Below, one piece after another: positions 61,401 through 64,000 of a stretch of DNA of 64,000 nt (positions are counted from its first letter, which is position 1; the number at the start of each line of letters is the position of its first letter). The notes under the pieces were generated by a model. The model saw only the letters and a list, made by a program, of their open reading frames with translations. It was not told the origin of the DNA and searched no databases. The stretch spans positions 22,260,001-22,324,000 of the forward strand of contig CM075988.1 of assembly GCA_038087875.1 (NCBI GenBank), given 5' to 3'. This DNA comes from Malacoraja senta. Lineage: Eukaryota. The position numbers and the translations under genes are program-made.

Positions 61401-63344
61401 GTTGTCTAACCTCCCGCGCTGCCCCTGCAGGGATATGATGATCGTCTTTCTCCGGCATGTCCGTATGATGAACAACAACTCGCTGTCGGGACTGTCCTTT
61501 GAACAAATCATCAGTCAGGTCTCAGTCCTTATCAAGACCCAACAGCCGCACCTTGTGGTAAGTGTAAGGTCAATATCATTATCAATCAATATCAGTTCTA
61601 TTCGTCACTTGCACATAAAGTGCACGTGAAATGAATTTGCCAGCAGCGGTACAATGAGAAAAGAACACCCAAAAACACAATGAACATTTGACACAAAGAA
61701 CATTCATTACTGTGGCGGAAGGCACAACATTTGGCCAGTCCTCCTCATTCGTCCCGCTCCTCCTCCATGGTCCCTCTCCCTTTCTCAGTCTTGTGACTGG
61801 AGAGAATTAAGTGGGAGGTTGACCAAGTTATTTTAAATTTGTTTTAGTTTTTAGAGATACAGCGCGGAAACAGGCCCTTCAGCCCACCGAGTCCGCGCCG
61901 ACCAGCGATCCCCGCACACTAACACCATCCGACACACACTAGGGACAATTTAAATATTGTTACCAAGCCAATTAACAGCTGTCTATAAATCACTTGTAGA
62001 ATCTGTACTCACCTTTAACATCACAGCCTGGTTCACCCTCACCTCTGTCAAAGACAAATCAAAGCTTTCCCGGATCATCAATCAAGCAAGCAAAATAACT
62101 GGCAAAACTCAAAATCAATTATCAGTACTCCACACCCAGGCAGTTAAAAGGAAAGCCAACCTCATTACACAGGATCCCACCCACCCCCCCCACCCACCCC
62201 CTGCACAAGTCCTTCCAACTTCTGCCATCAGGCCGCTGATATAAAGTCCCCCTATCTAAGAAAAACATCCACAAAAACTCATTCATACCCATTGCCATAA
62301 ACAGCTTAAATAAAAAATGAAGAATGGACAAATTAACCCTGACGCATTGTCACTTTACACGTATCCACAACTTTCATCTTGTCTATTTTTTTACAGTTTT
62401 TAATCCTTATACTTGCTTTTAAGATCTATACACACGGTGTGTGCTCGCAGAAATCTGTGTTGTATGACTGCTTATCAGTACATTGTCCTGTTTGTATTTT
62501 GAGCCACGCCAAAGAAGATTTTCTGTTACGCCAGACAATAAAGTTTTCTGAATCTGAATCTGAATTAACTTACAAGCCTGTACGTCTTTGGGGCGTGGGA
62601 GGAAACCGGAGATCCCAGAGAAAACCCACACGGTCCCATGGAGAACATACAAACCCCATGCCTGACACATCTCCTTTATACGTTCCCCCTCTCACCTTAA
62701 GTTTCTGCTCGCTGGTCTTTAACATTTCCACGCCGGCCGCTCTATCTCAATCCTCCCCAATAACTTCCCCGATACTGATGTCAGGGCTCACTGGCCTATA
62801 ATTTCCTGGATAATCTTTATTTCCCTTCATCAAAGGAACAACATTGGCTACTCCCCAGTCCTCCAGGATCTTGCCTGTCTAGAGAGGAAACAAAGAGAGC
62901 CACGGTCGTGCAGCGGTAGAGTTGCTGCCTTACAGCGCCAGAGACCCGGGTTGGATCCTGACTGAGGGTGCTGTCTGTACGGAGTTTGTAGGTTTTCCCC
63001 GTGACCTGCGTTGGTTTTTCTCCGGGAGCTCCTGTTTCGTCCCACACTCCAAAGACGTACAGGTTTACAGCACCCGTAGCCGGGATCAAACCTGTGCCTT
63101 CGGCGCTGCGAGTCAGCAGCCCTGCCCCTGCGCCACCGGGTTTTGACGCAGAGTTTTGATTCTCAAAATTCCTCCCTCTCGCCCTGACGATGCTCCACCC
63201 TCTGCCGTTCCTCCACGTCCCGCACAGTTAAACGTTGTGTGTTTCTTGTTTTGCCCACAGAATGTAAATCTGGACTTTGCCAACCTGCCAACCAACCCAG
63301 CCACATCGATGGGCACCTGGAGGTCCATCCCACGAGATCCCCAC
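1491..63344 (+). CDS. dzip3: Multi-exon DZIP3/TTC3-family E3 ubiquitin ligase gene (29 exons visible; 3' RING exon and possibly 5' exons outside the window; exon(s) probably lost in the gap)
   Basis: Chain of AG/GT(GC)-bounded exons with matching phases. HEPN exon ([12 protein letters not shown]...WGLLYPP...[10 protein letters not shown]...[26 protein letters not shown]) and C-terminal exons ([65 protein letters not shown]) match recalled DZIP3; N-terminal and TPR exons match recalled TTC3. Confidence 0.8.
1629..2121 (+). mobile_element. 5'-truncated CR1 LINE (young family) flanked by 67-bp direct repeats
   Basis: RT C-terminus ([15 protein letters not shown]...FFSQRVV..WNSLP) and (ctattgt)n tail. 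Confidence 0.9.
2345..2490 (+). mobile_element. Penelope-like element RT fragment
   Basis: [26 protein letters not shown]...[10 protein letters not shown] (YIDD motif). Confidence 0.8.
3465..3627 (+). CDS. dzip3: Exon 2 ([35 protein letters not shown]...[12 protein letters not shown])
   Basis: cccttgcag acceptor, GT|gtaagt donor, phases 1/2; resembles TTC3 N-terminal WC...NIFWPLLF segment. Confidence 0.75.
3922..5985 (+). mobile_element. Cluster of CR1 LINE 3' fragments (about 3922-4318, 4420-4835, 4990-5985)
   Basis: [27 protein letters not shown] motifs, frameshifted, with CR1 3' tails. Confidence 0.9.
6453..6897 (-). mobile_element. CR1 3' fragment with fold-back inversion
   Basis: Antisense CR1 3' end; arms 6743-6815 and 6825-6897 are inverted copies. 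Confidence 0.85.
7078..7105 (+). ncRNA. Minimal hammerhead ribozyme motif in Penelope-derived repeat (one of many copies)
   Basis: CTGAAGA-A-GGGTtccgACCC-GAAA-C-GTC: CUGANGA box, stem II, GAAA box, GUC site. Confidence 0.6.
8321..8606 (+). mobile_element. tRNA-derived V-SINE (HE1-like); representative of about 20 copies (e.g. 9125-9385 -, 14720-15000 -, 27269-27570 +, 34520-34798 +, 36607-36913 +, 39821-40144 +, 49730-50038 -, 60132-60440 +, 60955-61240 -)
   Basis: A box tggcgcag..gtag, B box ggttcgatcc, V domain ggagtttgtacgttctcccc...cccacactccaaagac, tail gggccgaagggcctgtttcc...ctaaa. Confidence 0.85.
10538..10625 (+). CDS. dzip3: Exon 3 ([29 protein letters not shown])
   Basis: Pyrimidine tract plus cag acceptor, gtaagt donor, phases 2/0. 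Confidence 0.75.
11691..11741 (+). CDS. dzip3: Exon 4 ([17 protein letters not shown])
   Basis: tctatttcag acceptor, CAG|gtgaga donor, phases 0/0. Confidence 0.7.
13076..13394. mobile_element. PIF/Harbinger-like MITE
   Basis: Long TIRs agccctgtccca(c/t)ggtacgagttcattccaaga; TAA on both flanks. Confidence 0.8.
13497..13626 (+). CDS. dzip3: Exon 5 ([43 protein letters not shown])
   Basis: cccactag acceptor, gtaagt donor, phases 0/1. Confidence 0.8.
13872..14082. repeat. Penelope-derived palindromic repeat (representative; also about 7778-7963, 24883-25095 and many others)
   Basis: Inverted arms atagacacaaaatgctggagtaactc...ctggagagaagga / tccttctctccagag...gagttactccagcattttgtgtcta. Confidence 0.7.
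15848..15930 (+). CDS. dzip3: Exon 6 ([28 protein letters not shown])
   Basis: tttcctctgtttag acceptor (alternative in-frame acceptor gives start 15854), gtaagt donor, phases 1/0. Confidence 0.8.
16158..16510 (-). mobile_element. CR1 3' fragment
   Basis: Near-identical to other young CR1 copies. Confidence 0.9.
16848..17365 (-). mobile_element. L2 LINE 3' fragment
   Basis: [30 protein letters not shown]...[14 protein letters not shown]...FKSRLKTHL; tail aataaaagcgacttgacttga. Confidence 0.85.
18102..18573 (-). mobile_element. CR1 3' fragment nested in another CR1 tail
   Basis: ORF 18186-18578; the host tail (atcagccatgat..cacattgaatggcgg) is split around it. Confidence 0.85.
19214..19529. 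mobile_element. PIF/Harbinger-like MITE, same family as 13076-13394
   Basis: Same internal sequence and TIRs, TWA flanks; 36 nt upstream of exon 7. Confidence 0.75.
19566..19660 (+). CDS. dzip3: Exon 7, TPR1 ([32 protein letters not shown])
   Basis: TPR consensus G..F..A...Y.KA; tag/aag NAGNAG acceptor; AG|gtacct donor; phases 0/2. Confidence 0.85.
20618..20680 (+). CDS. dzip3: Exon 8, TPR2 ([21 protein letters not shown])
   Basis: TPR pattern P....Y..RA.CY; strong splice sites; phases 2/2. Confidence 0.9.
21962..22768 (+). mobile_element. CR1 RT fragment
   Basis: [33 protein letters not shown]. Confidence 0.9.
23373..23427 (+). CDS. dzip3: Exon 9, TPR2/3 ([18 protein letters not shown])
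   Basis: A..D..RA..L.P...K TPR pattern; phases 2/0. Confidence 0.9.
24701..24860 (+). CDS. dzip3: Exon 10, TPR3 plus capping helix ([29 protein letters not shown]...IQEEMKKK)
   Basis: ctctctccag acceptor, G|gtaatt donor, phases 0/1; similar to TTC3 GHYRYCDAL..G. Confidence 0.9.
25245..25836 (+). mobile_element. CR1 3' fragment
   Basis: ORF 25235-25744. Confidence 0.9.
26723..26749. mobile_element. 27-bp TIR remnant with 8-bp TSD (probable DNA transposon excision footprint)
   Basis: gaagaaac-CAAAGATCCTGTAGCGGAGGATCTTTG-gaagaaac. Confidence 0.8.
26873..26909 (+). CDS. dzip3: Exon 11 ([13 protein letters not shown]), GC donor
   Basis: ttattacag acceptor; CAG|gcaagt donor; supplies the phase 1 to 2 change needed between exons 10 and 12. 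Confidence 0.65.
28070..29640. mobile_element. CR1 fragments (28070-28480 -, 29120-29640 +) and a V-SINE flanking exon 12
   Basis: RT C-terminal peptides in the ORF track. Confidence 0.8.
28522..28642 (+). CDS. dzip3: Exon 12, acidic linker ([40 protein letters not shown])
   Basis: cgcag acceptor, CAG|gtaggc donor, phases 2/0. Confidence 0.75.
30204..30258 (+). CDS. dzip3: Exon 13 ([18 protein letters not shown])
   Basis: tctttttttgcag acceptor, gtgagt donor, phases 0/1. Confidence 0.75.
30688..32148 (+). mobile_element. 5'-truncated L1-clade LINE with poly(A) and 13-bp TSD
   Basis: ORF2 C-terminus [13 protein letters not shown]....H....C zinc knuckle; TSD agaatactttcta at 30675-30687 and 32149-32161. 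Confidence 0.9.
32661..32734 (+). CDS. dzip3: Exon 14 ([25 protein letters not shown])
   Basis: tttgttccag acceptor, gtaaac donor, phases 1/0. Confidence 0.7.
33261..33661 (+). mobile_element. Non-autonomous Helitron-like element
   Basis: TC(TA)n 5' end; 3' hairpin cagaccc-aac-gggtctg (33633-33649) followed by CTAG|T. Confidence 0.6.
34888..34919 (+). CDS. dzip3: Exon 15 ([11 protein letters not shown])
   Basis: T-rich tag acceptor, gtaagt donor, phases 0/2. Confidence 0.7.
35080..36014 (-). mobile_element. Antisense L1 3' end with a sense L1 3' end nested inside
   Basis: TSD cttcatgccaa at 35069-35079 and 36015-36025; inner insert 35326-35767 with A-rich tail. Confidence 0.75.
36057..36112 (+). 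CDS. dzip3: Exon 16 ([18 protein letters not shown])
   Basis: cactaac branch point, cttcag acceptor, G|gtaagt donor, phases 2/1. Confidence 0.75.
38300..39362. repeat. (TG)n-containing minisatellite, unit tgtgtctctgtgcctgtatccctgtgc plus variable TG
   Basis: Directly visible tandem array. Confidence 0.95.
39423..39734 (+). CDS. dzip3: Exon 17, first CARD-like helical domain
   Basis: 312-nt phase 1-1 exon: ...[67 protein letters not shown]... Confidence 0.9.
40278..40510 (+). mobile_element. tRNA-derived SINE with CORE-like body and L2-type tail (second copy 52665-53001, - strand)
   Basis: tggcgcaatgg / ggttcgaatcc boxes; gtgtccttgggcaagacactt; gtaaagcactttgg..(att)n. Confidence 0.7.
40836..40985 (-). 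pseudogene. EFCAB5-like coding fragment, antisense in intron 17
   Basis: [49 protein letters not shown] resembles recalled EFCAB5 FDPINYLGEYLIRNNP...VTEDLKIY.....NR; no GT donor; cut by a MITE. Confidence 0.5.
40987..41381. mobile_element. PIF/Harbinger-like MITE (second family)
   Basis: Long TIRs agcccctgtcccacttaggagacctaaacagcaacctct; TAA TSD at 40984-40986 and 41382-41384. Confidence 0.85.
42300..42700 (-). mobile_element. Penelope-like element 3' end (GIY-YIG C-terminus plus terminal repeat)
   Basis: Minus strand reads [22 protein letters not shown]; adjoining hammerhead-type motif. Confidence 0.7.
42756..43061 (+). CDS. dzip3: Exon 18, second CARD-like helical domain
   Basis: 306-nt phase 1-1 exon: ...[64 protein letters not shown]... 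Confidence 0.9.
44095..44530 (-). mobile_element. CR1 3' fragment
   Basis: ORF 44317-44529. Confidence 0.85.
45556..46195 (-). mobile_element. L1 3' fragment
   Basis: Poly(T) start; related to 35080-36014; ORF2 C-terminus on the minus strand. Confidence 0.75.
46253..46942 (+). CDS. dzip3: Exon 19, DZIP3-type HEPN domain (two compensating 1-nt frameshifts in this assembly)
   Basis: Homologous reading runs in the frame of ORF 46210 to LIILEG, in the frame of ORF 46394 from TRMAQKVF to DIWHKA, then back ([18 protein letters not shown]); phases 1/1. Confidence 0.9.
47052..47633 (+). mobile_element. CR1 3' fragment
   Basis: ORF 47055-47549. Confidence 0.9.
48227..48426. other. Assembly gap (200 N)
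   Basis: Run of N. Confidence 1.
49545..49684 (+). CDS. dzip3: Exon 20, coiled coil ([47 protein letters not shown])
   Basis: cccttctgcag acceptor, gtgagc donor, phases 0/2. Confidence 0.85.
50794..50862 (+). CDS. dzip3: Exon 21, coiled coil ([23 protein letters not shown])
   Basis: tgtgcag acceptor, gtgagt donor, phases 2/2. Confidence 0.85.
51188..51284 (+). CDS. dzip3: Exon 22 ([32 protein letters not shown])
   Basis: Phases 2/0; matches DZIP3 QWEMEK...RALTAE. Confidence 0.9.
51339..51675. repeat. (CA)n compound microsatellite; similar degenerate arrays at 53425-53770 and 56128-56645
   Basis: Directly visible. Confidence 0.95.
51894..52444 (+). mobile_element. L1 3' end, same family as 30688-32148
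   Basis: Near-identical 3' region, long poly(A), TSD aaaatacccattgac. Confidence 0.9.
52525..52628 (+). CDS. dzip3: Exon 23 ([35 protein letters not shown])
   Basis: Phases 0/2; matches DZIP3 VYFLQCRRDFGLLHLEQ. Confidence 0.9.
53846..53936 (+). CDS. dzip3: Exon 24 ([30 protein letters not shown])
   Basis: Phases 2/0; matches DZIP3 LKAAVDSWNAIVADVRNKI. Confidence 0.9.
54106..54508. mobile_element. MITE with CAAAG...CTTTG termini and 8-bp TSD (P-element- or hAT-like)
   Basis: TIR caaagatcctatagc(g)gagcaagat; TSD atggacat at 54098-54105 and 54509-54516. Confidence 0.85.
55916..56017 (+). CDS. dzip3: Exon 25 ([34 protein letters not shown])
   Basis: Phases 0/0; matches DZIP3 YNEQINKVKQGFALSTLP. 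Confidence 0.9.
56935..57600 (+). mobile_element. CR1 3' fragment
   Basis: ORFs 56935-57252 and 57273-57503. Confidence 0.9.
57601..58200 (-). mobile_element. Rex1/Babar LINE 3' fragment (others near 18640-18870, 23950-24230, 34210-34500, 44915-45350, 61980-62560)
   Basis: [16 protein letters not shown]...[10 protein letters not shown]...LPSGKRYRS...[17 protein letters not shown]. Confidence 0.8.
58256..58396 (+). CDS. dzip3: Exon 26, low-complexity linker ([17 protein letters not shown]...IGITQ)
   Basis: tttcttctccag acceptor, CAG|gtaggc donor, phases 0/0. Confidence 0.75.
58745..59740 (+). mobile_element. CR1 RT and 3' fragment (a further 3' end at 60510-60790)
   Basis: ORF 58733-59362 with FADDTK. 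Confidence 0.9.
59797..59933 (+). CDS. dzip3: Exon 27 ([11 protein letters not shown]...[19 protein letters not shown])
   Basis: Phases 0/2; matches DZIP3 NWERITDRLKTAFPQQTR. Confidence 0.9.
61431..61557 (+). CDS. dzip3: Exon 28 ([42 protein letters not shown])
   Basis: Phases 2/0; matches DZIP3/TTC3 FL.....GKSLS.L.FDEIV. Confidence 0.9.
63261..63344 (+). CDS. dzip3: Exon 29, pre-RING linker ([28 protein letters not shown])
   Basis: ttgcccacag acceptor, gtgagt donor, phases 0/0; W-R motif precedes the RING in this family. Confidence 0.75.
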
Positions 63345-64000
63345 GTGAGTCGCTCGGGATCAATAACCGGTTTAATGGGTCGGGGTGGAGTGGGCACTGA
63401 ACCGGGATGTCGGCCATCCTTGCTTGGCCTCCTGTGGGCTCCTGCAACTGAGCAGAAGTGAGAGGATGTGCTGCAGGCCAGAAAGACAAATCCACCTTGA
63501 ACGTCACTTGAACCAGTGACGCCAAGCGCTGACTGAATCAAATGTGGACCAGTTTCAGTTTAGTTTATTGCCCCCCTGTACCGAGATACAGGGAAAAGTG
63601 TTACTTGAGGAGGTTTCACACTGGTGCAGACAAGATGTGTAGGAAGGAACTGCAGGTGCTGGTTTACACTGAAGATAGATACAAAATGCCGGAGTAACTC
63701 AGTGGGTCTATCACTGAGGAATTATCCATGGGAAGGTATTCTAACCTCGTAATCCTTGCTTTCCCACTCTCTCCATCCCTCCCCCATCCTAGTTCTCCAA
63801 CCAGTCTGACTGCCCTACTGATTAAATGTTATCTCTATATGCTTCATTGTCACCTTCCCCTCAGCTAACAATGATCTATTTTCCCTGAGCTTCTTCTCCT
63901 TTGATCTCTCGTTTTCACACCTTACCCTTCCATATCTGTGCCTCCCTCTCCCCGACTCTCAGTCTGAAGGGTCTCGACCCGAAACGTCACCAATTCCTTC

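Noticed and set aside
1..64000. CRISPR-like or prokaryotic defence system suggested by recurring palindromes, RT and HEPN
   Set aside because: The repeats are dispersed eukaryotic TEs without spacer periodicity, the RTs are LINE/Penelope fragments, and the HEPN sits in a spliced vertebrate gene.

Overview
Vertebrate genomic DNA, most likely a cartilaginous fish (skate/ray), inferred from dense HE1-like V-SINEs, CR1 LINEs and Penelope-derived palindromes. The whole window lies inside one + strand multi-exon gene. I reconstructed 29 coding exons (1491-63344, about 1,230 codons) with consistent splice phases, except across a 200-N gap. The product is a DZIP3/TTC3-family E3 ubiquitin ligase. Its order is: TTC3-like N-terminus, TPR repeats, acidic linker, two tandem CARD-like helical domains (each a phase 1-1 exon), a DZIP3-type HEPN domain, a coiled coil and a DZIP3-like C-terminal region. 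The RING exon is expected beyond the window. The HEPN exon carries a compensating +1/-1 frameshift pair. Introns hold CR1, L2, Rex1/Babar, L1 and Penelope fragments, SINEs, MITEs (including a P-element-like MITE and a probable excision footprint), a Helitron-like element, minimal hammerhead-ribozyme motifs and an antisense EFCAB5-like exon remnant. Family assignments rest on recalled protein and repeat sequences, not on database searches.
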